Assembly (NCBI GenBank): GCA_965140445.1
Contig: OZ223236.1
Span: forward strand, 2,562,010-2,626,009
DNA: 64,000 bases
Direction: 5' to 3'
DNA from: Candidatus Ozemobacteraceae bacterium
GTDB taxonomy: Bacteria; Muiribacteriota; Ozemobacteria; Ozemobacterales; Ozemobacteraceae
In this document: positions 38,119 through 46,941 of the stretch, piece after piece
Layout of the letters: the number at the start of each line of letters is the position of its first letter
Numbering within the stretch: position 1 is the stretch's first letter
Notes under the pieces: generated by a model
Told to the model about the DNA's origin: nothing
Seen by the model: the letters and a program-made list of their open reading frames with translations, nothing else
The model's database searches: none
Translations under genes and position numbers: made by a program

Positions 38119-38475
38119 TTAAGCAAGTTGCTTTTTAGCTACTTCAACTATGTTAGCAAATGCTGCTGGTTCGTTAACCGCTAGTTCTGCAAGTGCTTTT
38201 CTGTTGAGCTCAACACCGGCTAATTTGAGGCCATTGATGAAAACACTGTAAGTGATTTCATTGATGCGACAGGCTGCGTTGATTCTAGTGATCCAGAGTC
38301 TTCTAAAGTTTCTGGCTCTAGTGCGTCTATCATGAAATGAATGATCAAGTGCATGAATAACAGTTTCTTTAGCAACCTTCTTTACATTCTTGTGTGAACC
38401 CCAAAAACCTTTAGCTCTGCGAAAAAGTTTTTGTTCTTTTCTTCTTGAATTACTACCACTTTTTGATCTTGACAT
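38119..38475 (-). CDS. rplT: 50S ribosomal protein L20
   Basis: 118 aa, canonical L20 sequence; AGGAGG SD. Confidence 0.95.
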   Translation of the reverse strand: MSRSKSGSNSRRKEQKLFRRAKGFWGSHKNVKKVAKETVIHALDHSFHDRRTRARNFRRLWITRINAACRINEITYSVFINGLKLAGVELNRKALAELAVNEPAAFANIVEVAKKQLA

Positions 38476-38521
38476 TTTTCAGTTCCTCCTGAATTTCTTG
38501 CCCAGTTACTCTCGACCCTGG

Positions 38522-38719
38522 TCAGGAGTAGGGGAGCATTACCTTGAGTGCTTTTTCATTGGTTTCATGACAGTTAAGAGACTGTCGGTAAGCTCTTTTT
38601 CTCTTACTGGATTTTTTTGTCAGGATGTGTTTGCCATAAGCTTTATAGCGGCGGAAAGCACCGGAACCAGTTCTTTTGATGCGCTTAGCAGCACCGCGGT
38701 GAGTTTTCATTTTAGGCAT
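38522..38719 (-). CDS. rpmI: 50S ribosomal protein L35
   Basis: 65 aa, [13 protein letters not shown]... canonical L35; AGGAGG SD. Confidence 0.95.
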   Translation of the reverse strand: MPKMKTHRGAAKRIKRTGSGAFRRYKAYGKHILTKKSSKRKRAYRQSLNCHETNEKALKVMLPYS

Positions 38720-38746
38720 AACCTTATTCCTCCTGTGGGAAGTTAT

Positions 38747-39268
38747 TTACTTCTTTTTTGTTCGATAGAGAATCATAGTAATCGTGTTACCTTCTTTTGC
38801 GGCGTCTTTTTCGATTTCTGCATCTTCTCCGAGAATTACTTTCATACGGTCAACAACTTTAAATCCTACTTCGATGTGAGCTCTTTCACGTCCTCTAAAG
38901 AAGACTGAAACTTTCACTTTGTCTCCATCGTCCAGGAACTTTCTGATGCGATTACATTTTGTCTGTAGATCGCCTTCATCAGTTTTTGGTCGAACTTTGA
39001 CTTCTTTCAGCTTAATAACTTTCTGTTTCTTCTTCGCTTCTTTAGCTTTTTTAGTAAGTTCATACTTGTATTGACCGAAATCCATTAATCTGCAGACTGG
39101 CGGCTGGGCGTTGGGCGCGACCTCTACGAGATCTAAACCTTTTTCCTCTGCCATCCGAAGGGCGTCGCTAGTAGCTGTAAGCCCTACCATTTCCCCTTCG
39201 TCATCGACCAGGCGAACCTGAGGAACCCTAATCTTTTGGTTAACACGAACGTTGCCTTTGATACTCAT
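38747..39268 (-). CDS. infC: translation initiation factor IF-3
   Basis: IF-3 N- and C-domain pattern; track start (39325) adds a hydrophobic extension, so start set to ATG at 39268; an ATC 6 nt downstream has better SD spacing. Confidence 0.9.
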   Translation of the reverse strand: MSIKGNVRVNQKIRVPQVRLVDDEGEMVGLTATSDALRMAEEKGLDLVEVAPNAQPPVCRLMDFGQYKYELTKKAKEAKKKQKVIKLKEVKVRPKTDEGDLQTKCNRIRKFLDDGDKVKVSVFFRGRERAHIEVGFKVVDRMKVILGEDAEIEKDAAKEGNTITMILYRTKKK

Positions 39269-39437
39269 ACCTCCGAAAAATAGAAAATGGAGCAGCAAGA
39301 ATGCCACTCCATGAATTATCTTCATGCCCCCATTACTTTGGGGAAACCTTTTTGCTTATTTGCTAAAGGTGAGGACAAAGTCCTGCTTGCGCTATTGGTT
39401 CAGATATCTTATCAGTACATTAACAATTGGTCAAGAA

Positions 39438-41597
39438 TTATTTTGCTTTATTTTTAGCTGGATCTTTACCAAACATTAGTAGGAATCCGAGCAGTAAAAT
39501 CGCTGAAAATGGAATAAGTAGGAATGGTGAGATTCCAAGTCCAGCTGGGATATAGCAGAACAAAATAGCTGTCAATCCTACGATGGCAGCGTAGGGCGCT
39601 TGAGTTTTGACATGATCAATATGATCCGAACCTGATGCCATTGAAGACATAATTGTTGTATCCGATATTGGGCTACAATGATCTCCAAAGATGGAGCCTT
39701 CAAGGACAGCGCCTATTGAAACAAGTATGGCTTGTTTCAGGTAAACTGCCATTGCTGGAGCAGCTCCAGATAGTGCTACGACTTCATTATAATGCTTCAT
39801 GTTAAGATGGTATGCCAATGGAATTGTTATTGGCAGGAGAATTGCCATTGTACCCCAACTTGTTCCGGTAGAAAAAGAAATCAGACAAGCCAGGATGAAA
39901 ATAATGGAAGGCAACAGCCAATATGGAATTACATCCGTAACCATTTCAACAATATAATTTGCCGTATTAAGTTCTGTACATATGCTGTTAATTGACCAGG
40001 CAAGTAGCATTAGACAAATCGCCATCATAATAGCTCTGACTCCGTCAATCCATGCTCTTACGCCTGTTTCTAATACAATCAAGCCCTGGAAGATTCCCAG
40101 AAGAAGTGCAACAATGGCTCCAATTGAGCTTACCCATATTAAAACCTGTGTGGAATCAGCATCTGCAAAAGCAGTTCTGATCTTAGCAAAAGCATCCATG
40201 GTACATTGTTCTGTTTTAACCCAAATTTTTTGTCCTTCGGCAAGATCTTTTAGCTGGTTTCCAGTTATATCTTTTGGGAAATAATATTTTGCGTAAGGCT
40301 CTACTTCTGAAGAAGCTATAGCTATATTAAGGACAGGTTTCAATGATGAAATTGAAATTTGTGTGTATCCATCAGTAACAGTCTTTGAAACTTTGCTTAC
40401 ATTGTAATGTGAGTCAAACATTCCTCCGTTGCCTAGTAATCCTAAAAATGTTCCAAAGATTACGATAGCTATAGGTATTGCAGCGTTGTACCATCTTTTA
40501 GGCATGTCTTCCGGTAATTCCTGCATTGCAGACTCGGATGAGCTAATGGGATTCGCGTCATCTGCCAGGGGTTTATTTTCGTGATAGGCCCGAGTTTCAG
40601 CATCAAGCATAGGGCCAAAATCTCTTCTGGTTAAACATACTGCCAATACAAAGAAAAGAGCCAGAATACAATAAAATCGGAATGGAATTGTCTGCAAGAA
40701 GATAGAATAGAAATTTGTTTCTGCTATTCCCAAATCCAGGAAAGCCTGTCTTATTAAGCCAATTTCAAAGCCAATCCAGGTTGATAGAACAGCAATTCCA
40801 GCAACTGGTGCGGCAGTTGAGTCTACAATATAGCTGAGTTTTTCTCTGGAAATTTTGTTTTTATCAGTTACAGGGCGCATTGAGTTGCCAACAATAAGCG
40901 TATTGGCGTAATCGTCAAAGAAAATCAAAACCCCCATAAGCCAGGTGAAAAATTGGGCACTTCTTGGGCCTTTTACTTTAGTAAAGATAAGCTCAACAAT
41001 ACCTTGCATCCCGCCAGTTCTATTGATTATTCCGACCATACCGCCAAGCATTAGGGAGAAAATAACAATTGAGGCATGCCCTGAATCTGCGAGAGAGCCG
41101 AGGATATATTTGTCTAAGGCTCTCAAAAAAGCTACAAAAGGGTTAAGGTTAAATATTAAAGTTGCCCCAAACCAGACTCCGAGGAATAAAGAACTGATTA
41201 CTTCCCGAGTTATCAGGGCTAAAATTATTGCAAAAAGAGGGGGAAGGAGGGAAGTCCAACCCGGAAGGCAGCGGACTTTGGTGTTTGCTGATTGTTGACC
41301 AATTTGAAAGTCGACTTTGTTGGTTCCTGACTCCTGAAAATGAAGAACAATCTTATTCAGATTTTCTGGGAGAGAAACGCCTGATGTCGCAACTTTTCCA
41401 TTTATCAGAACTTTAAAAATTAAAGGCTTGTCAGCAGGAAAATCAATTCCCGAAACATTAAAATCTGTTTTTATACCAGTTAAGGTTAGCTTTGGACTTG
41501 TTATTTCAAGTTCTGAACACAATCCACCAGGCGTTATAACAAAAAGAGAAAGAAACAATATCCCAAGAAAACAAAGGTTTTTGCTAAAATGACTCAT
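39438..41597 (-). CDS. Na+/H+ antiporter NhaC-family protein with N-terminal extracytoplasmic extension
   Basis: 719 aa; NhaC-like polytopic core with a ~110-aa signal-peptide-bearing N-terminal domain and a central soluble insertion. Confidence 0.75.
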   Translation of the reverse strand: MSHFSKNLCFLGILFLSLFVITPGGLCSELEITSPKLTLTGIKTDFNVSGIDFPADKPLIFKVLINGKVATSGVSLPENLNKIVLHFQESGTNKVDFQIGQQSANTKVRCLPGWTSLLPPLFAIILALITREVISSLFLGVWFGATLIFNLNPFVAFLRALDKYILGSLADSGHASIVIFSLMLGGMVGIINRTGGMQGIVELIFTKVKGPRSAQFFTWLMGVLIFFDDYANTLIVGNSMRPVTDKNKISREKLSYIVDSTAAPVAGIAVLSTWIGFEIGLIRQAFLDLGIAETNFYSIFLQTIPFRFYCILALFFVLAVCLTRRDFGPMLDAETRAYHENKPLADDANPISSSESAMQELPEDMPKRWYNAAIPIAIVIFGTFLGLLGNGGMFDSHYNVSKVSKTVTDGYTQISISSLKPVLNIAIASSEVEPYAKYYFPKDITGNQLKDLAEGQKIWVKTEQCTMDAFAKIRTAFADADSTQVLIWVSSIGAIVALLLGIFQGLIVLETGVRAWIDGVRAIMMAICLMLLAWSINSICTELNTANYIVEMVTDVIPYWLLPSIIFILACLISFSTGTSWGTMAILLPITIPLAYHLNMKHYNEVVALSGAAPAMAVYLKQAILVSIGAVLEGSIFGDHCSPISDTTIMSSMASGSDHIDHVKTQAPYAAIVGLTAILFCYIPAGLGISPFLLIPFSAILLLGFLLMFGKDPAKNKAK

Positions 41598-41824
41598 TTA
41601 TACTCCAAACAATACTACTATTCTATTATTTTAATTTCTGCATTCTTTACTATAATTTGGCAAAAATGTGCAAGTTCAAATGTTAAGTTAAAAAAAATGA
41701 AACAAAAGAGGTTATTTCTACGTATAAGAGTTGAGGAGCAAAATGGTCCTCTTATTGGACTATTGTTTTGACTTTGATTTAAAAGATTTTCCTGTTAGCA
41801 TGTGAGGGTGGAGATTCATAATAC

Positions 41825-42661
41825 ATGGATGACAACAAAAATATTATTCTTGTCGGAGTGGGGCTTATTTTCTGCGTATTTTTTCTGACCTGGCTGTTAT
41901 TCGGGGGAAAAAGCGAAAAAAGACCACAATATGCTGGCGCCAAAAAAAATGTTGAGAGTAAGTCCGGCAAAAAAAGCGATGGGCGCGTAGAAACATACTC
42001 TGGAAGCCCTTCAAAGGCTTCCAGTTACGATTTTTCATCAGGCAGTTCCAGCAACGATAGCCCAGGAAAAGCTTCACCTTTTAGTGAAGAAGAAAAACAA
42101 GCAATGGCTCTTAGGAAGAAGGAGGCTGAAACTCTAATTTCCGAGAGTGCTCAAAATTGGCTAACTACAAGGGTTAACGATGAAAACCTTCCCGAAAAAG
42201 TCAAAGAAAAATATAGATTAAAAACCATAGCTTCATATGTTGAGGGTACGAATCTAAAAAAAAGAAAGAATTACCCGGAGGCTCTTAAAGCGTTTATGAA
42301 TGCTTTAAAGGATCCAAATGCTTCCCCTGTATCCAAATATTACACTCTGCTCAATATGAAAACAATTGCTTTAAAAATGAAGGATTTGGATTTATTTATT
42401 GCGATCAGTAAATCTGAAGCTGAACTTATTTACGAAGAAGATCTGAAAACCATTGGAATTTCAAAGAGTAAAGAACCGTTAGAGTGGATTGAAAATTTTG
42501 AAAAAATGATGAAGGCTAAGCGCGACCCTTCTGTAATGGCAGATTTAGTTCAAAAAAGAATGGATTATACCAGTGGAAAATTTCCAAGAGAAGAAATCGA
42601 AGCTGATGTAAAAAATGAAATTGAACGTTATGAGAGTATCTTCAAGGAGCTGATGAGCTAA
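41825..42661 (+). CDS. membrane-anchored hypothetical protein (first gene of pseudopilin operon)
   Basis: 278 aa; N-terminal TM helix, Ser/Gly-rich linker, helical C-terminal region. Confidence 0.5.
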   Translation: MDDNKNIILVGVGLIFCVFFLTWLLFGGKSEKRPQYAGAKKNVESKSGKKSDGRVETYSGSPSKASSYDFSSGSSSNDSPGKASPFSEEEKQAMALRKKEAETLISESAQNWLTTRVNDENLPEKVKEKYRLKTIASYVEGTNLKKRKNYPEALKAFMNALKDPNASPVSKYYTLLNMKTIALKMKDLDLFIAISKSEAELIYEEDLKTIGISKSKEPLEWIENFEKMMKAKRDPSVMADLVQKRMDYTSGKFPREEIEADVKNEIERYESIFKELMS

Positions 42662-45198
42662 TGTTTAAGAAAAAAGGCTCTGCCTATTTAATGGTACTTG
42701 GGGCTATTACAGTTTTAATAATTATTGCTTTTTCACTTTTGCGCTCGAAAAACGAAAGAGCTTTTTCCACAAAATATTTAAGTAATGAAAAAAAGGCTGA
42801 GGCTTTGGCTGAGGCAGCTGTTGATCTGCTGGGTGCATATATTAGAAAGACTGCAAACAAGCATGATTTTGATGGAGATAGTTCACTATTTTATCATTTA
42901 TTTAGAACTCCATTGAAGCTTAAAGGAAGTAAACTGTCAACTTCTGATGGCTCAAATTTGACTTTTGATTTGTCTGATATGGCACCTTTGCCAGCAAAAG
43001 ATCAGGAATTTTCCCCTTTAAGCCCTCTTAAATATATGATTGATGAGCTTGGTGGGAATGAAAGGGTTAAGATTGAAGTAATATGCAGTATGCCTCAGGC
43101 TGAAGGTTTTACAGCGATTAGCAAGGTTTCTGGCAATTATGACGTTGTTGGAATTACTGAAAAAAGCATTGAGGCTAAGGGCGATTCCGCAAAGTTTCTA
43201 GATTCTATAGATAATTCACCAAAAAATGATGGAACTATTAGCGGATCAAAATGGGGACCGAGCTCATGGGAATTGGATGTAAATCTTCCGTCTTTAACTT
43301 CAAGTGATGTAAAAAAGTTTAAAGTTAAGGCACCATGGCCAATTGGTAAGGTAACTGTAACCTTAACTTTGACAAAAAAAACAAAAACAAAGATTCGTAT
43401 TCAAGCAGAGGCTGTTGGACTAGAAGTTTATGATAAGACAATTGATTGTCTTGATTATGTGGATGATTTTATTCCAGGCGTTAACCCATTAAATATGACG
43501 GGTTTGAGGCGAAAGGTTATGCCTGGATCAGACGGTGCAATTAGCAAGTCCTACAAAGCTGATAAATTTGCCAGCATCGCTAAAGATGAATTTGGTAAGG
43601 TCGATGGGCCAATACCATCTGCTAAGCTTGAGAAAAACAGCTTTGGGTCAAATCCAAGGGTTGTTGAAAAAGGTGCTTTGTTTGAGATTAAGGCTAAGGT
43701 TGAGTATTATCCTTTTGGAAAAAACAAGAAGATGGTTACCAGAGTTCTTGTTGCGCAGCTTCCATTTAAGGTCACTGACGTTCAGCCAATTGCCCCTGAA
43801 TATACTTTTTTTGCTGCTAACTCACCGCTAATAAAAGAAAATGCTCCGATTTCTGGTGCCAACGGCGGGAAGATAGATTTAAATGTAGCAGATGGAGCTT
43901 CTGGCGTTCCGGCTTCGGCTGTCGGATATTTTGTTTTGCACAACGTGCCTTCTGTTCCAGATGGAACGGGTTTTGCAGCTAATTACACAAATATTACCGG
44001 GTTTGATCTTGGAGCTGACGATAAAGCAATGATTCCTGGAATGGTAAGAATAAACGGTAAGGGATCTGGGGCAAATAGGATGAAGCTCCATACTTTTATT
44101 GGAACTTTCGAAGAGCCGGATTTAACTGAATTAAATATAATGTGTTCGCCATTTAGCGAAACAGATCCAAATGTTAATAAATTTCAAACAAAACCAGCTT
44201 TTCAGTGGTATCCAGAGCCATATGAGAGAGGCCATGAAGTGGAATTTCCAGTTTTATTTGATGATGACATTATTTATGCACCAGTTGCTGAAAAAGGCTG
44301 CACAGGGATAATGAAAATTTATGAGGAAGGCGGACTGAGCTTAATGATGGTTCCGACTCTCCTCTATGGAATGGGGCATATGGAATATCCGCTCGGCATT
44401 AGACCAGAGGGCCCAATTGACATGGTCTTTGGGAAGATTAAAGTTTCTGCGGATCCAAAAGCCAAGGCAAGTCTTACGAATGTTAAAGATTTAACTGAAA
44501 TTTACATTGATTATAAAAACCCCGATAAATATTTTGACGGTTCAACCGCAAAGTTTGGAATGCAAGGTTACCCAGCCTATGAAAGTGAGTCAGAATGGGA
44601 TCCTACAACCAATTTTAAGGTTATGCCTGCAAACTGCTACAGTCTCTTACAGTATTCAAAAAAAGCGAATCATTTCTATGCTTCAGAAAGTGAATTTAAA
44701 ACCGCAATGGGGTTAGATGTTTCTGATGGAGGCTTGAAGAACCCTGACGGGTCTATTGATATCAATGGAGTAATTTACATTAAAGGTTCTTTGACCATTA
44801 GTAGTCCGCTGGTTGTTAAGGGAAAGGGACTAATTGTGGCAAAAACCGATATTATTTTAAATGCAAATGTTACGCGTAAAGATGATGATACTGTTTTTGG
44901 TTTGATTGCAAGAGGCGGGACTATGGAATTTAGGGGCTGTAGCAAAGTTGAAGCGGCTTGTTTCTCTAATGGGGCTCCAACCACTACTACTTCATCAGAA
45001 GTTGTAATTAATGGAAATCTCGTTTGTAACGCCTTTGACCGAAGAAAAATAATTGATTTGAAAGTTTTTTATAATTCGAGAGCTTGCACAGTTAACCCAT
45101 TATCTGTTATTAGAGATGTTGGAAAATATTCCCCAGAAAGATACTGGGTATCCTTTGCAGAAAATTGGTCCAGGTTCTCTTATGAAAAAATTAAATAA
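42661..45198 (+). CDS. large pilus/pseudopilus-associated protein (GspK/PilX/PilY1-like candidate)
   Basis: 845 aa; N-terminus KKGSAYLMVLGAITVLIIIAFSLL is pseudopilin-like but lacks the conserved Glu; stop-start overlap (TAATG) with upstream gene. Confidence 0.5.
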   Translation: MFKKKGSAYLMVLGAITVLIIIAFSLLRSKNERAFSTKYLSNEKKAEALAEAAVDLLGAYIRKTANKHDFDGDSSLFYHLFRTPLKLKGSKLSTSDGSNLTFDLSDMAPLPAKDQEFSPLSPLKYMIDELGGNERVKIEVICSMPQAEGFTAISKVSGNYDVVGITEKSIEAKGDSAKFLDSIDNSPKNDGTISGSKWGPSSWELDVNLPSLTSSDVKKFKVKAPWPIGKVTVTLTLTKKTKTKIRIQAEAVGLEVYDKTIDCLDYVDDFIPGVNPLNMTGLRRKVMPGSDGAISKSYKADKFASIAKDEFGKVDGPIPSAKLEKNSFGSNPRVVEKGALFEIKAKVEYYPFGKNKKMVTRVLVAQLPFKVTDVQPIAPEYTFFAANSPLIKENAPISGANGGKIDLNVADGASGVPASAVGYFVLHNVPSVPDGTGFAANYTNITGFDLGADDKAMIPGMVRINGKGSGANRMKLHTFIGTFEEPDLTELNIMCSPFSETDPNVNKFQTKPAFQWYPEPYERGHEVEFPVLFDDDIIYAPVAEKGCTGIMKIYEEGGLSLMMVPTLLYGMGHMEYPLGIRPEGPIDMVFGKIKVSADPKAKASLTNVKDLTEIYIDYKNPDKYFDGSTAKFGMQGYPAYESESEWDPTTNFKVMPANCYSLLQYSKKANHFYASESEFKTAMGLDVSDGGLKNPDGSIDINGVIYIKGSLTISSPLVVKGKGLIVAKTDIILNANVTRKDDDTVFGLIARGGTMEFRGCSKVEAACFSNGAPTTTTSSEVVINGNLVCNAFDRRKIIDLKVFYNSRACTVNPLSVIRDVGKYSPERYWVSFAENWSRFSYEKIK

Positions 45199-45634
45199 TT
45201 TGGGTGCATCTCTTGTAGAGATCGCCATTGCTCTTATGATATTTGCTTTTGCAGCAATTCCCCTCTATTACGCAATGAGCTATGGAGCGCAGGAAGAAAC
45301 CAACCTTGAAAAAGTTGCAATTGCTACCAAAATTCTTGAGTCACTTAGAGATGAAATTAAGGATCTTGAATTTGAAAAGGTTGAGGGGTCTGTCGGTGCG
45401 ACAAGTGCATGGAAAACTATTGGGGTAGGCGAATTACCTCCCAATGCATTTAACGAATTGTTAACTGGGCAGAAAAAGTATAAGGATTTTGTTTTTTCTG
45501 CAGAAGTCAGAAAGTCTCCAGGGGCCGATATTGATGCCATTGAATTCAAGGCGGAAGTTAGCTGGACTACTGGTCGTGGGAAAAAATCTACTGAAAAAAT
45601 GTCATTTATAAAAGTAAAATCGGGGGCGTTTTGA
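45182..45634 (+). CDS. prepilin-type N-terminal cleavage/methylation domain protein (pseudopilin)
   Basis: N-terminus MKKLNNLG-ASLVEIAIALMIFAFA fits the class III signal/prepilin motif; start set to ATG at 45182. Confidence 0.65.
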   Translation: MKKLNNLGASLVEIAIALMIFAFAAIPLYYAMSYGAQEETNLEKVAIATKILESLRDEIKDLEFEKVEGSVGATSAWKTIGVGELPPNAFNELLTGQKKYKDFVFSAEVRKSPGADIDAIEFKAEVSWTTGRGKKSTEKMSFIKVKSGAF

Positions 45635-46257
45635 TTAGTAAAAAAAGAGGAATGACTCTTGTAGAAGTAATGATTGGCTGCCTTTTAACTGCCATTGTAG
45701 GTTTTGCAGTTTATAGAGTCATGTCAGGCGCGAGACATGCCTCGTCAATCGCATCAACAAAAGCAGCTTTGCGTCAGGATGCGCAAATAGTTTTAAAACA
45801 TCTTGAAAGAGATATTTCAAACTCTAGAGCTAAAATAGTAGTTAATGGCGCCAAAAAAGAAATCAAGAAAACCTTGGTTGTCGCAGGTGGTGGAAACTTT
45901 TCTATGGAAGTTCCAAAGGGAGACATTCCTGAGGATGCTACCTATTTTGATCAAAACACCGCTGATGAGGATAGCCAGTATATTAAAGTTGAATACGAAC
46001 TATCTGGTTCAAAGTATTATAGAACTGCTGATGGAAAAAAGAAGTGCCTGTCTACTTTTGTTAAAGAAATAGATGTTGAAACTAATTACGACGGGAAAAT
46101 TAAACTCATGTTAGCCCTGGAAGCAGCTCCTGCTGGTTCTTCCAAGAAAATGGAACATGTAGAGCGAACTATTATTGCAATTAGACAGGTAGAAACAAAA
46201 GAAGGCCACAAAGACTGGAAGCAGCGGATTGATGGTTCAGACTCCAGTAGTTATTAA
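45631..46257 (+). CDS. prepilin-type N-terminal cleavage/methylation domain protein (pseudopilin)
   Basis: N-terminus MISKKRG-MTLVEVMIGCLLTAIV fits the prepilin motif; ATGA overlap with upstream gene. Confidence 0.65.
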   Translation: MISKKRGMTLVEVMIGCLLTAIVGFAVYRVMSGARHASSIASTKAALRQDAQIVLKHLERDISNSRAKIVVNGAKKEIKKTLVVAGGGNFSMEVPKGDIPEDATYFDQNTADEDSQYIKVEYELSGSKYYRTADGKKKCLSTFVKEIDVETNYDGKIKLMLALEAAPAGSSKKMEHVERTIIAIRQVETKEGHKDWKQRIDGSDSSSY

Positions 46258-46884
46258 TTTTTTTAAATAACTTTATTGAGAGTTTTTAAGCTGACTATAT
46301 TTCCAAAAATCCTGAATGAAATTGGTATTTCATTTAAACAAGAGCAGATTTTAAACATATCATTGGCTTGAAAAGATAAAGTCTTTTTCTTTACTTTGTT
46401 TAGCTGATTTAATCATGGCTGGAAAGAACAAAATTTTCTTATACAGCCTCCCATGGAATTTAAAATAAACAAGGAATTTCGCTAAAGAGTCCGCCGAGAT
46501 TATCCTCTTTGAGTAAAAAAGGGGGGTAAACGCCTGGTTTTTTTGGGAGGAACTGTTTGTTAAAGGCTTTGATAAATCTAAATCATTGCTATCGATGAAC
46601 CCAACGCATAAAATTCTATGAAATTTTAACACTTTTTCTAATAGTAGAATTTGGAAACCAAAATGTTCGCAACAGAAACTTACATTTGCAGAGAACTCAA
46701 ATCAAGCGAATACTATTTTTTTTGTATTCCATTCGCTTAACCTTTAATTTAAGCTTCTTCGCCTGTCTTTATAGCCTCCTCACATATACATAAAGAATGA
46801 TAATTAAAGGCTATTTTAAACAGTATGATTTTTATGGCAACCTAGAGTGGGATACAAATCAATTTTTCATGAAGCCAAAAAGCT

Positions 46885-46922
46885 ACAAAAGAAAAGGGCT
46901 CTGGAGATAAACTCCAGAGCCC
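46885..46922 (-). terminator. intrinsic terminator downstream of repeat-protein gene
   Basis: 11-bp stem GGGCTCTGGAG/CTCCAGAGCCC, loop ataaa, U-rich tract on the minus strand. Confidence 0.55.
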
Positions 46923-46941
46923 TTGATCTTTTAACTAGATC

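Noticed and set aside
46360-46632. 90-aa minus-strand ORF in the long intergenic gap
   Set aside because: No SD, no recognisable motif, AT-rich random-looking sequence; kept only as part of the unexplained non-coding gap.
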